64,000 bases of DNA from Phoronis australis (lineage: Eukaryota > Animalia > Phoronida). The stretch's first letter is position 1, and each line of letters begins with the position of its first letter. Position numbers and translations under genes: made by a program. Under the pieces are notes generated by a model. That model had not been told where the DNA came from. It was given only the letters and a program-made list of their open reading frames with translations, and made no database searches. Shown here one piece after another: positions 1-13,600 of this stretch. Location of the stretch: contig NMRA01000472.1 in the NCBI GenBank assembly GCA_002633005.1, forward strand, positions 186,613-250,612. Direction: 5' to 3'.

Positions 1-143
1 CTGTGCGTAGGCGCTACGTTAAGATGTAAAAAGACTGCGCCTACGCCCCACTATAATGTAACTTACGGTGCGTAGGCAATACGTTCTAATGCCAAAAGGT
101 GGTTGGCTGCGCCTACGTGCTCCTACGCCCCACTACAGCACTG
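1..143. mobile_element. Right end of a small DNA-transposon derivative
   Basis: Reiterated gcgtaggc/gcctacgc inverted motifs ending in ccactacagcactg (CAG terminus on the minus strand). Confidence 0.4.
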
Positions 144-791
144 GATGTCACATCTAAGTTGTCTCAAAATGACGACTTCAGTATATATAAGACGCCACTA
201 GGATAAGTCCTCGCTTTTTCGTCGGAGGCTTGGAAGGCGACGAATTAAGCGAGGTTGCTTGTTTCATGAAATCAGTTGAAGAGAACTTATTAAGGCTTAA
301 TTCGATTTTCATTTTAGCCAGCTTAACAGAGCGAAGTACAACTTTAATAAACTCATCCATTGCAATTAAATCAGTGGTAGAGGATGCACCAAGTTAATTC
401 ATGATGCTAACCCCCTCTGCCGGGAAGTGGTCCATGGAGAAATATAGTTTTACATTCTCTAAAATTGTCTTATTGAATTAAAAAACGGGGAAATAATATG
501 CTCTTCAAAAACTGTGTTTTACAAATTTTCTCGCCTTTTTTGAAATAGACGTAGGCAGACGAGTGATCAAACCTTATTTTGTAACCTTAATTCTAACTCA
601 TACAACAAAAAAGGCTATGTCTAGGGGCGGATCCAGGATTTTTAGTTAGGGGTGGGGGGCAGAGTATTAGCCAGAATTCACAAAACGTAAGATATTTTTT
701 TTGTAAAAAAAACAGCAATCTCCTTACGGTACGCAAAAACTGGGGGTTTGCAAGGAAAATCCTTATAGCGGTTTTTAGGTTAATGAATAAA

Positions 792-935
792 CATGGGCGG
801 CAGAGCACTGAAAAAGTGGGGGATAAAGCATCCCCCAGCCCCGCCTGTTGCACCGCCTATAGACCATTGGCGGCGCAGAACTAAAAAAGCAGGGCTATTG
901 CCCCCCTCCCAGCCCCCTATGGTGCACCGCCCATG
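792..935. mobile_element. Mini-MITE with CATGGGCGG TIR and 5-bp TSD ATAAA
   Basis: ataaa|CATGGGCGG ... CCGCCCATG|ataaa; internally a dimer of two ~70-bp units. Confidence 0.65.
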
Positions 936-3351
936 ATAAATATTGGAATTGTAAAGTTTCAATTAAACTCACCGACCAGTTTTTGAGAACTCGTGTTCCT
1001 GAGTTCAAATTAAGTTGGTTTACAGAAGTCGAGAAAAAGCGGAAAAGGTCGTGAGTTAATGATTAATTATTAGTGAAAACTTGTTTTTGGTCAACATAAT
1101 CTATACATGCCTTTGCCAAACGTTCGCTACTTCAACGTTCACTCGCAATGTTAACTGAATTTGAAGTCCGTAATTAACTTAATTATCACTAAAACATTTT
1201 AATTTTGTGAATGTGCCTCCAGTCAAGCTAGGTCAAGGTGGGTTCAGCAGCTAAGTAGGTAAACAGTTCATTGTGATACGCACCACGCGCCGTGGAGAAC
1301 AAGTCAGATCGACATGGACAACAGAAATCAAGTCGGTGGTTAAAGCATGCCGTGAGTACGACATAGGAACAGCGAAATGCCAAATCAAATCAAATTAATG
1401 AATTTGGGTGACGATTTATCTCTTTTCACAACTTGCCGTCTTCGTGAACACAAAGTCACAGAGACGGTGTGGCGACTCGGACTCGGTGCATTCGAATGCA
1501 TGCAGACGCACAACTCCCTAAGTATTAAAACTACGTTCTGTATTCGTTTTCCGCTACATCTTTTTATCCTATGTACACCTCATTAACTCAATATTATGGC
1601 GACTCTGTGAATGAAAGAACTGAAGGTAAATACGGAACGGTACATGTTTCATATTTAAAGTTCCCCAAGATGAAGATAAGGCATTTTGTTAGACAGCCGT
1701 GAAATAATGTAAGAACGTCAAATTCTTGTGAATAAGGTTTGAGTGCACGTTTTCATGTGCGCTTTACGATCAAGGCTGCAAAAATGGGACCCCCTAACAG
1801 CAATGTTCCGGCCGGGGCCTTCAAAGCGTAAATCAAGCGCTGGTAGTTGACAAACGTTCTCTTGAATCTTTTCTCTTCTACATGTTTTGCTTTCCTTCAT
1901 TTCTCGACTGTCCTCGGCGCCTATGCCGGTTGCCACTGACGCCTGCAAACTATTAGGTTGTGAGGGAGGGGCGTTCCCCCGCCAACCCCCGCTTCCTACA
2001 ACCCTGCAATGTGGTCTTCATGTCACACGTTGGTGGGAGAAGTGTGCAAATAAAATATTGCTACCCTCGTCCAGCCTCGTACCCCCCAAACACGGTAGTT
2101 TTCAGAGGCTTAAAAATGTATAGGTGCACCACTGATATCTCTTGACAGTGCTTGACCAGATTCCAGGGCTGTTATTTTTCCGGTTCATAATTAGTCCTCT
2201 TTCTTCTTTGTATTCAGTTGCGCAGTGTTGACAGTTTTTTTATCAAGCTTCACCCAAGTTGAACTAAGACTTCTTTCTTCCTAACGGGTTGTATTGCCAG
2301 GGATTTTAATGAAGTATTTTGCATTATGACTTTCATTTTTACCTTGAAGCTAGCATGGAGTAGACAACCTCTGGTTTCCTGTGTTTTTGTTTTCAGTAGA
2401 TCACCTTGGATTGTCTGCTTTTTACCATCAGTTTAACTTCTTCTAATTTTAGGAAGCTATTTAGAGCATAGTATATAATTGTGCGGTAATATGTCAGGGC
2501 GTTGACATGTTGTAAGCAAGAATTATTAGTCTTCTTACTCGCCGTATGTACGGTTAGCGGAACTATTCGGGACAGAGATATTTTCAGACTTAAAGGAGAA
2601 TGCTACCCGATTTAATTAGTCTTTTTTTACCGCCTTAATTGGTCCATATCCACATCGTCTCTTATACGGTCGTCTACTATGGTCTGGCTTTTTAGAACAG
2701 ACAGTGTACTTGTCAACGGAAGTGAATCTCGCCATCAGTCGGGAAGTTTTCGCCCTGGGATTTCCCCACAATTTGCTGATAAAGAATCGTAATTTAATGA
2801 CGAAGTTTGATAGCAATGTACCACAATTTTGTGGAAAGTCGATCTGTCGTAGGCTACAGACACGTTGCAGAGCATAAATTTGATGAATCCTAGCTTCGGA
2901 TCTCACCTGTTTCGGACACTGCGTTTCAACAGTAGGCTCCAATAAGCGCACCCCCTCTCCTGAAACGAATTATTTTTTCTAAGGCTAATACGGTGTCTAT
3001 AAAAGAGACCAAGAAAGCAACTTGGATTTGGTGGACAGAAAGTCATAACTATATAGCTGTCCATTAATTTAAAAGCAGCCATTGTCAACCCCTCCCATTG
3101 TTAATTTACCTAATTACATGGCGAATTATTGTATCTGCCATCAATTGAAATTTCATCAAGTATGTTGCTCTGACATCAAGTTTTTTGTCTGCACTCTACA
3201 TACAGGTTGCACTATTCGTCCAATTGGCAAAAGATTCACCCACAACTTCTAGTCCCCGAAGTGCTAGAAGCCTAAGGTCGTTCATCATGATCAGATTCAA
3301 AATGGCGGACGTGTTTTTGAAGTCAGATTCAAATCCTCATAGAGGCCGCAT

Positions 3352-3850
3352 TTCTATGCGCCCATATACCTATATGTGGGTGCAAATTGCCTTCATCTCT
3401 GTCTGGGCGTCCAGCGTCAGAAGCTGTATCTCCTGAACCCCTCAAAGTATTTTCACCAAATTTGACACTGGGTTCATATGAAGATGACGACAGAAGAGGA
3501 CGAATTTCAGACGGATGTGACTACCGTTGTGCCCCTAGTGGCAATTTATTTTTTACATTTACCTCTGTGTCTTTAAAGGTTGTCTACGGATTTTTGTGAA
3601 ACTTGGCATATAGGCACCTGTTAGTAGGATGATGCTATATTCCTGTTTTCGGAAGGAGTCAAGGTATTTTGCGCCACCTAATGACCATTTTTACTGTTTT
3701 TTTGGCATCCGCCTCTCTATCAACCAAACCGCTCTTAAAGATGATTGCAAAACTTGGCATGCATGTATTTTCTTACTATGAAGAGAAAGCCTGTCGATGA
3801 CTTTCGGATTAATGTGGCTACTGCGGCACCTCCTAGTGGCAGTTTTTCAT
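3352..3850 (+). mobile_element. HINE copy, 3'-truncated (A-B-C monomers)
   Basis: 5' hairpin atgcgcccatatacctatatgtgggtgca; core motifs at ~3530, ~3671 and ~3826. Confidence 0.7.
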
Positions 3851-3879
3851 GTGAAGACTCGCTCGTCAGTCACCTTCCG

Positions 3880-4325
3880 GCGGTGCCTTCTACATTAATA
3901 TAGTGGGCCTCGCTCATGTAGGCTGCCTTCCGGAAGGGATCCTATATTAATATCGGGGGCCGCAATCTCTGGCCGCCTTTCGGCGAGGCCTCCTATGCTA
4001 TTATAGGGGACTTCGCTGAAAGGCAGTCGAAAAGCGGAGCCCTCTATATTAACATAGCAGCCTCCGCTCTCCGGCCGCCTTTTGGCAAGGCCCCCTATAT
4101 TATTATAGGGGTCCTCACCAAAATGTGGCCGGAGAGCGGGGCCACCTATATTAATATAGCAAGTCCCGTTCATCGGCCACCTTTCGGCGGCGCTTCTATA
4201 TTAATATAGGCGGCCCCGCTCTCCCGCCACCTTTTGGCGGTTCCCTTTATATTAATATAGGTGGCCCTGCTCTCCGGCCGCCTTTCGGCAGGGCCCCTCT
4301 ATATTAATATAGAAGACCTCGCTTT
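3880..4325. repeat. ~50-55 bp minisatellite with a palindromic CTATATTAATATAG core
   Basis: About 8-9 units of ctctccggccgcctttcggc...ctatattaatatag. Confidence 0.85.
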
Positions 4326-5402
4326 TGAGGTACGAAATTCAATTTTTGGCCTATGCCATTTTAATAAGAATAAGTCATTTTAAATAATAAGCTGTTTCGA
4401 CCTCACCTTGTCGAGAGGTGTCGCGTTAACCTGTGAGGAAGGTGAGAAACGACGCAGCGACGTCAGTGGTTCGTCTGCAGAGTGAATGCCGCTATATTGC
4501 GGTGCATCGTTCCCGCTTGTCCGAACTATGAAGCTGCAAAGAAAGCGGGTATATCGGTTTTTCGACTTCTTCGAGAGCATAATTATGCTTAGGAAGTGGT
4601 TCGCGGTAGTGAAGAATGAAACGTACGCTGTTAGTAGCAAGTATGAGGCCGTAAAACAGCCGTGTCTGTGGCCGGCATTTCGTCGACAGTGATTTCTCTG
4701 ACGAATTTCATCTTACCAAAGAACTATGCATACTTTCCGTTGTCTGTGCATGTTCACGGTGCCTCTCTAGTATTCCGGTTCGAATTGATTGCGTGTGAAA
4801 CCCAACGATCCGACCCGTGAAGTCTTCTTCGGATGAGCTTTTGACTAAGTCGGGATTGGCGCCGGGCGAGTTGCCATGTACAGTAGACGTTTGTTATTCT
4901 GCGTTCTGTTTCAAAATGAGTTATTCTCATCCTAACTAATGTTTATATAAAACTGAAACAAAGTCCGTCTCATTAGATACAATTTGTAATGCCTTTGCAG
5001 TATTCGTGAGTGCAAATGTTGAGAAGCCAGCAATGAATAAACCACTGCGTTACCGGCTTTTGAGGCCGTGTGATCGCATGCTAATTCAGTGTTTGCTGAC
5101 AGAAAGCTGTTGTGGAAATATTGCACGATTTTATGTGCTATAGTCACATGTTAGGGGATTCTTTATTCAGAAATACAAATACATCATTCAAATTATTGTT
5201 AATGTACAACCCGGCTTTGCCCTGTCGGTTTGTGGAAGGGAACCCAAATTCGTGGCCCCCGACAAGTAAGTGGATTTTCAGTTTCGTGGCTAAATCACAT
5301 AAATATTTACGTGCACATTATTTCATTGGCAAACTATTCTATAGTCTTTTTGTGAGTGGAGGTTTTGTTTCCAATTCAAGCTGGTTTATGTTCGTGCGAG
5401 TG

Positions 5403-5511
5403 CCGGCGGCCGCGACGGGCCTGGGCGGGTTCCGAGCCACTGGCCGGGATAGCGAGTCAGTCCGGCGGCCTCGACGGGCCCTGATCGGGTTCCGAGCCAC
5501 TGGCCGGGATA
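5403..5511. repeat. GC-rich ~60-bp tandem duplication
   Basis: Two copies of ccggcggcc..cgacgggcc...cgggttccgagccactggccgggata. Confidence 0.8.
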
Positions 5512-6910
5512 AGAAGCGTTTTGTGTGTTTAGAACTCAAAAAATCACAAGTCTAAACAACACAGATCTAAGTCCCTTGTGTGTATTTCACGGAAGAATAT
5601 TTCGAATTTATCTCCGAACAGATCCCAAACGGCCTGCTACGCCACCTTCATGTTAAATTGGCCTGCTGAACTTTGTCGGCAACGTTGTGTCCTAATACCA
5701 ATAAGTACGTAACAGCGAAATAAAACAACACTTTTATATAAAAACTCGGTGTATTTTTATGGGTTTTACATCGGAGTGTGATGATTTTGGGTGTTAAACG
5801 ATGAATTCAAGCGATAAGCTAACACCAGTAACCCGTGTTGCGAATTGCTGAACAGACTGCGTATGAAACCAATGACGTCATTGGATAATTTCAACACATC
5901 CGTCTGCCGTCAGGTGTCAGGTAACGCAACCGAACGTGCCGTTATCGAGTAGAACTACTCGACTATATAAACTGATACAAAATAGGTTGTTTTTGGGTGA
6001 CATTCTCCTTTAAAGGTAGGTCACGTGATGTGACTAACTTGTAGCGTGGGGTAAGTCTAACAATTGTTTTTTAGTGACAGTCTTTTTTCGACTAGATTGC
6101 TACTGCGGTTTTCAAAAAGAGTAAACATTTTCATTGATGTTATATAAGTAAAACCAGGAAGCGGACACAGTCACAAAATAATCATACATCATTTAATGCA
6201 GCTATAAATATATCTTCCATCATGAAAGCTAACTCTGCTTTAGACCACTTACTATGATGAAACTGATCTCAAATGGTTCTTTAGGCTACCTGGATTAGCG
6301 TCAATGCAAGATTGCCGATGTCTCGGTTGAAGTAATTTGATAATTAATTTGTGTCATATATGACAAAAATTATTCAGTATAACTATAGTTTTCTTTAAAT
6401 GGGTCCTGACAACGACAAAAATGGTAATCTGGTTAACAAAATGGCATTAGAAAATTAAAATTAAAATTAAAATGGGCATATGCAGCCACAAAGGTTGATC
6501 ATGATAAAACTTCATTGAAAACTACTTCTATGATCAAACTGAATTCAGCGACACCCGCAATATAATATCTTCTTGGCTTTAGCTAATAAATTTTGCTCAC
6601 ACTAGCCGGCTTCCATTTTCAGCTGATTTGCCACGTTTCATGCCCATAAGGGCTTCATACTGACGCATTGAAGACATAAGTTCTCTGTCATGAAATCATA
6701 AAAATTAAGCAAAACCTAGAATTTCTGTTCATTTTCGCTGGCTTTGTTGCTACAGACAAGGCCAGGCACAAATATCACAAATGTACATCAGAATGCAGAG
6801 TCGTAGTCAAAAGAGGTCGCCGATGTCACTATTACAGAGTAAAGTCAGGGGGCACCCCAGTTACCAAGACCACACAAAAGCTGTAAGTTAGCTCCTATAT
6901 AGACCTAGAT

Positions 6911-7062
6911 CAGTGGCGGATTTAGAGAGGGCCCAAGGGGGCCATGGCCCCCCTAAAACTCTCCCAGATTCCATTTGGTATTTGGGGGGTGCGAATGTCT
7001 GACGAGCAAAATCCTGGCTAACTGCCCTGGCCCCGCTAACAAAAATCCTGGATCCGCCCCTG
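6911..7062. mobile_element. MITE with CAG(T/G)GGCGGAT TIR and 5-bp TSD TAGAT
   Basis: tagat|CAGTGGCGGAT ... ATCCGCCCCTG|tagat. A diverged inverted copy lies at 7150-7315. Confidence 0.75.
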
Positions 7063-7554
7063 TAGATCTCTCCAAAACTGCACATCCACGGCAACGAGGG
7101 TCGGTACGACGGGGTAAAAATGGCCAGTGTAGGTTTGACGGCCGGGTTTCAGGGACGGATCGAGGACTTTGAATTGGGGAAGGGGGTCAAGGCAGAATAT
7201 TAGCCAGGATTTTGCCCGTCAGACATTCGCACCCCTGAACTGCCAAATGTCACGTGAATGTGGGAGAATTTCAGGGGGGCATGTCCCCTTGGCCCCCCCT
7301 CTAACTCCGCCATTGGACTCAAAAGAGTTTTGTCGAGATTGCAGGCTAATGTCTGGAACCGTACCTCAAGAGACTCGCTTTGATGATATGACCAGGAAAT
7401 GAGAAAATGAAAATAAAGGAATGAAATTACGCTTGATTTATAATTATAGTACACGGACAACCTTATATACCAGTGCATGCAAGTCTCTCGGCTAATCACA
7501 AACGTGAAATCTCGGGTTCGCATGGCTCTAACTACACTCCTTGGCCGATGTAGA

Positions 7555-7655
7555 CATTTTCCAGGTCACAGAGAGCTTTAGGTCAACACTCAGCATTCAA
7601 CATTTCGCTTGAAAAACTCATGATCAGAAGGCGTGTTTAAGACTCTCCCTCTGGC
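7555..7655 (+). promoter_or_regulatory. Conserved proximal promoter/5'UTR block of paralog A with AGGTCA nuclear-receptor-type half-sites
   Basis: AGGTCA at 7563-7568 and 7580-7585. The block (ggtcaacactca...gaagg(c/t)gtgtttaa) is also present upstream of B (19745-19840) and C (35715-35788). Function is inferred only. Confidence 0.35.
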
Positions 7656-10600
7656 ATGTGGAAGGCGGTTCTACTTCTTTTGATAGCGATGTATGTTGGA
7701 TATCAGCTACTAGACAGAACAGATTTAGGTAAATCGAGATTTTGCTTTTAACCCGACAGTCGTTTTCTTGTGCGGGCTCTGTGGTAGATGAACGGGTTGT
7801 CAGTGTTCGCTAAAACCTCGACATTCGAGCCATATCGCTACGTCTGTTCACCTCTGCCCTCAGTGTATTGTTTGTCTTGTGATGTGCGCATTCACAGCTT
7901 ATCAAATCGACGACTTTCCTGTACTGGCATGTAATTTCGTAGGTTCTACCTCAGTTTTAGTCCGTCACATCACGTTGCAAGCCTTTGCAAAGATAGTAAT
8001 CGCAACTTCGACATCTTCCTTTGGAGGCGTCACTCTCTTGATTACCAATCTCAGCTTCCAGTTAGTGTAGTGTATTGTGAAGGGGAAATCCTTGCATCCA
8101 TTTTATACTGTCTGGTACAGTGAAACAAGATAATTTCAGCATTGAAATGCTGTTCAAAATCATAAGTCTTCCATTATAGAACTCTTGGTATTGTGAGTAC
8201 CTTTGGTAATGCTACAGGTCGTGTAACTGCAAAATTCAATCTTCAGTGCTAACTGATTTTGGCGTCTGCTCACACCATGGACTAAAGTGCATGGACCGTC
8301 AACTCCGCCTTTCAATGGACGAAATTTGTCATCTTATGCATAAGCCTTGACGTCACTATTCACTTTCGACACCCCTGGCGTGCGTTCAGTAACGCTTGGA
8401 CCTAGCTAAAATCTAGTCAAAGTCACGTGTTCTCCTTTAAAATACACGGCAATATCGCGAAGTCCTGACGTGCGTTCAGCAGACGCTAGGACCTACGCTA
8501 GGACCTAGCTAAGACCTAGTCAAAGTCACGTGCTCTTATTTAAAATGCACGGCAATATCTCACGTAATCTCGCGAAGTCTTGCTTTTTAGCGAGGTCCTA
8601 GCGTTACTGAACGGGAGGCTGGCAGACGTCGTTTCCTTATCTTGGTCAGCTGTTGTGTGGTCGGGTACTGCATTACCAAAAGTTCTCAAGATACCAAGAG
8701 TTCTACTATTGGAAGACTTTAAACAGAGTTTCAATGCCGATTTTTTCGTTGTACTGGACATTAAAGTAGATGCAAGAATTTCCCGTCACAATACACTAAC
8801 CGGAAGCTCAGTTACACTCTTTCACAGTGCTACGAAAGGTAGCAATGTGGAATGTTGTTTAACATGGCTTCTTGTTGGTTAAAGGAACGAAACCGACGTC
8901 ATAAAATTCAGTCATTCTCATTGGTTGAAATCTGGGAAACTCCTTTCAGTTTACTTTAAGTGGAATGGTGACCACCTTTGACTTGAATAGTTGCAATTTA
9001 TTAAAACAGGTAGTGATCGAAGTAAACAAAATCAAGGGAACCCCGATCCAATGGCTTTAGCCCAAACAAGTACAGTGCATAAAGACGTTTGCATATGGAG
9101 GCGATGTGATCTGCATACTTCAGACCAAGGCATGCGCACACGGAATTCATGTTTCCAAACTCGCTGCCGGGTTCCCTGCGTGCCGCTAGGTGGTCAGTAG
9201 CCAGCGTGCTGGCTACGTAACGTAGAATTTGTCGTGAGGACTTGACAGGGACCTCAGGGGTCTCACACTCCACTGATTGATCCACATTATTTTAAAAACG
9301 CTTTGCCCTGTCACACGTACATTGTGTGTCATAAAAGAGATAAGCATACCTGCAGCTGTACGCAGTAAGTAGAATTACTCTCGTTTGTCACATTGGTGTA
9401 GACTCATAGCTGAACTGTGGTTTTCTGTTGACCCCAGACCGTCCGGAGTTGCACCATATACCAACTCCGGACGGTCTCTCTATCACGACGATTTAACGTT
9501 ATGAGGCACGTAGGAAACCAGCGAGGGTTTCCATAGGGCCACTTTTCAGTATAGGTAGCGCTGTGTCAGAGGGTAGAAGCTCAGTTTGCTATGTTTAGAG
9601 GGTGGGGCCTCATCTAGCATTAAAAACTGAGAATCGCCGCACAAATAAAAAGTTCATGTTCATTCAACGTTTCGTCTATTTTTATTTGTGCGACGATTGT
9701 CCGTTTTTTAATCTTTTTGATCATTGCTCTGTTCAGTGGTGGGAATGTCCAAAATAATGACCATCCCTTATATCTACATGCGCATGACGGGTGCTCAACA
9801 CCCCGCGTTGCTATCGTTTTTATTTTGGAGTCGTTTTTTCATCGTCTACCTCTGTATCTGCCTAACCACGCAGAGGATCATTATCGAAATTGGCCGATGT
9901 CTTTCTACTGACAAGAGCCCCATTGATGTTGATTTTCAAATGAGTCCACTGGCAACTATTGTGGTGCTTCTGAATGGCATTGTTTTGCATTTGCGTCGAA
10001 ACCCTTGTAAGGTTATTTGAAAATTTGGCTAGCGTATTTTTATTAACTTGACTAGTAATAGCAGAACCGACTACCAGTGAACGTTTGCCTTTGTATCTTT
10101 GGAGTTCATTGATGGATTTTCATGAAATTTCAGAGTTCTATTTGGGAGACGACGACACTTTATCATTTTCGGACGGGTTTGACATACTCTGCGCCATATT
10201 TAATGGCCGTTTTTACGATGGCCATTTTTATGATAGGCCTACTACTGAACACTCTAAGAAGCATAGCGTTTGCGGAGCAGTCATGGACGGATTTTAACGC
10301 TTCATGCTGCTCATGTTCATATATATTTTACAAATAGACCATCGCGACTTCAACTGAGACGTATTTCATTTTTGGCGCAGTAAAAGCGGGACCAGTCGGA
10401 GCCAGGACCGATTTTGCCCATGGATCATGACGAACGATAAGTCAACCTCATTTTCAGATTTCGCTGTCGTAAACATCCGTGTTTAGGACCTAGTCTCGAC
10501 TAAGTATGCAGAAGGTAAGGTGGGGGGGGGGGGGGGGGGNGGGCACTCATTGTATTTAGGGTGTGGTGTAGCTGGCCATCCAAACCTGGGGCAATATCAT

Positions 10601-13600
10601 TACATAACCAAATGAAAAAAATTATCCATGTTTATTTTACCTAGAGGTAGAATTGTGCCCATGGAGACCTATTCAAAGAGGACTTAAAGCATGATTCATA
10701 TTTACACCTCTCATCTGGAAAATACTCAAATTATACCCTACTCTCCTTGACACTAGTATAGTATTGCAAAGAATTATGAGCCAGGTGCTTAAATCTACCA
10801 AACATAGTGACACAAATTCCATTTTATACTCTGTATCAAAACCGTTGACGCCCCAAATTTATACCAAAATGGTGAAAAAGCGACCCAAATCTATACCAAA
10901 AAAAGAAAAACGGCATTCATTTCAGCAGCGCGTTCACGCTATCTACGTCATCGTAATCACGGTTGTCCAGCAAAATCTGAAATCTGGGGTTGACTGACTT
11001 CTCTGCACCCGCAATCCCACCATGAAAAAGTAGCCCGAGGCCTCACGTGGCTCAGACTTATCACCCATGCGTCATAAACGAAATAGTTCTCTGTTGAAGT
11101 TGGGCATTTGTAAAATAAATGTTCTTTGTTCTTTATACTTTTGTTTTGGTTGGACGAAAAAAGTAAGTCATGCCTTCCACATCAGAGGAAGAATACGTAC
11201 AAAACAAGATTTACTAGAATGATAACCGGAGGTCACGCTGCACTCGTGACATCAATATAAGAAAAATATTGATTGCGAGTGCATTTTTGTCGTTTAAAGA
11301 ATTTTCTGAATTTAATGTTACTGAGTTTCGACTCTAGCAATGTAGTTATTGTGTTCTTCCCAACAACGCTCAGACAGGCCAGATATCTTATCACTGGGTT
11401 TACAAGCTGAGGCATTGTTTGGCTAGTCACGAAAGTTGGACACGAAAGACATTCGAAATCACTCACGCAATTTTGCGTGATCGTGGGTGAGCGTCTTGCG
11501 TATATACGAAGCGCTTCCCTGCTGACTGCTATCTCGGTCTGAATCGCCGTTAAGTTGGTCTGATCTCCTACCATGTGCCCATGTGAAAGTAAGACATCAC
11601 CATTTGGAATGAAACTGTTCAAACAACATCTCTAATACAGGAGTGTACCATGAGAAAAAACGCTTCCTAAGGGTAACTTTTCGTAGATGCTTCCAACACG
11701 TGTGTACATTCTGACTCGTGTACATTGAACCATGTTTGAGACATGCTGTAATATTTGCATCCAGGTAAAGTAAACAATAAACGGGTCATTGTCACGGGAG
11801 CATCGAAGGGAATCGGAGAGCAGTTAGCTTACAACTATGCACGCCTAGGAGCCAATGTCATTATCACGGCACGGAGCGAAGACAAGTTGAAAAAGGTTAG
11901 TCAGAATATCTTGACGAGGTACATTGTCATCTTTGTCAATATTCTCACCTGAACTTTTTATCACTTCACAAGTAAATTATTGTTATTAATCATTCTCAAT
12001 AAGGTCTCAGTCAGTCGTACAAATATGTACACGAAACATGCGCGCACCCAGGGGGGGGGGGGGGGGGGGGNGGGGGGCGGAGGTCTTTAACGAGCCCCCC
12101 ATTTGGCGAAGTAGGCAAAAAGTCCGCCTCTGCGAGACAAAAACGTCCGAGAAAATGAGACATAAGTCCACTAAACGTGCGCAAACGTGTAATTCACAGT
12201 GGTGCTCCCGCACTTTTTTTGTTACCAAAAGGTCCACAAAGTCAGGAATTCGAGCCTCCCCATAATATTGAAGGTTGGGTGTGCGCATGCGAAATCTGAT
12301 ACAAGTATGCTGAACAAAAATAAATTAGTGCAAAAGAGGCTGTGATACATTAAGAAGATTTAAATTCTAGTGTGGTCGGCTTTTAGAAGGGTAAATTTTG
12401 GAAACAGGAAAAGTGTTAAATTGTTTAAAAATAATTCATGAATTCTTTGAATTTCTAAGGTTGTTGCCAAATGTAAAATGTTGGCACCTCCGGGCAGGAT
12501 CTACGACTACATCGTAGCTGACTTGGGTGATCTAAATTCGACGAAAAGTGTGATACAGGTAAACGTTGTCAAAACGGATTACATGAAACCTTCAGTTCTC
12601 AGCATTATCCACGAACGTCACTAGTGGAAGCGTTCACATCACAGATTGATGGCATTGTTAGTGATAACACCATATAATTTTGAATTTCTGGTGCTCAAAC
12701 TGCAGAGTGTAAACGTAAGTCTATCATCTGAATGGTGTCGGATTTGGGAGCGATTAACTTTCACATTTCGAACTTTGTGGGACAACATGTGCAAAAAAAT
12801 CATCCTTAAATATTTTATTTCCGCTCCACTATTAGGGAACAGCCTGATAAACTAAAAGTCGGCTCAGAAAATCTCTGTGACACGGAGTAGTCCATTGCTA
12901 GCAGGGGAATGAAATATAAATAATTTGAATTTCGGCCAACTCGTTTCAAAAGCCATCGGGTCGGAAAAACAAGTGCATAAATTTTGTTCACAGTTAGTCA
13001 CATTCTGTTCTTTGCCTTCGGACTTTTCTTAAAGATACACTTTCCTCTTCTGTTTAGTTAAAAATCACGAAACGGATTTTAACGGAAGTTAAGTTCTGTC
13101 GAAACGTAAGCTCAACTCCAAAAAGTTTCATACTTAACTGGATTTGAGATGATTTTTTGGTTTAATTTTCTGTTTTTGGTGGTGCACCCCCAACTAAAAT
13201 TGGCCGCCATAGTGAGTGACAACTGACTCATGCATTATAGGTACTTCAACTGCCGCCACATGTACGGGTTTTCCGCGGAAACCCGGTCCATTCTATAAAA
13301 AATAAAAACAAAATAAGGCAAACGCAAACAGTGCTAAAAATTATGAAATGTTTATATTTTAGTGACATCTTTAGACAGACGAAAGTCGTCATGTGTTCTA
13401 CAATTGGTTAATGTACTGCAAATAGTGTCTTTAAAGTAAAATAAGTAATCGTTATACGCAGCGAAAATTTTCAAAATATAGATTATCGAATCGAGACAGC
13501 CTCGTACCCAAGCCTCAGGTCGGCGCTTTAGCCTTATCGGTTTAGCCAATTGAGGCTTGTTGAGGAGATATCCCTTCTGCTCGCTGATTGGTCGTAGACG

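Larger units (their letters stand above)
2594..6009. mobile_element. Kolobok-type non-autonomous DNA transposon (TTAA TSD), about 3.4 kb
   Basis: TTAA|AGGAGAATGCTACCC ... GGGTGACATTCTCCT|TTAA (TSDs at 2590-2593 and 6010-6013). A TTAA TSD with RR termini is the Kolobok signature. It contains a HINE and a minisatellite, and splits a small MITE. Confidence 0.75.

Noticed and set aside
3880-4325. CRISPR-like array of palindromic repeats
   Set aside because: No unique spacers (the whole unit repeats), eukaryotic context, and no cas genes.
10522-10542. Poly-G run as a G-quadruplex element (also 12051-12077)
   Set aside because: Contains an N gap so the length is unreliable; such runs are typical of the local MITEs.
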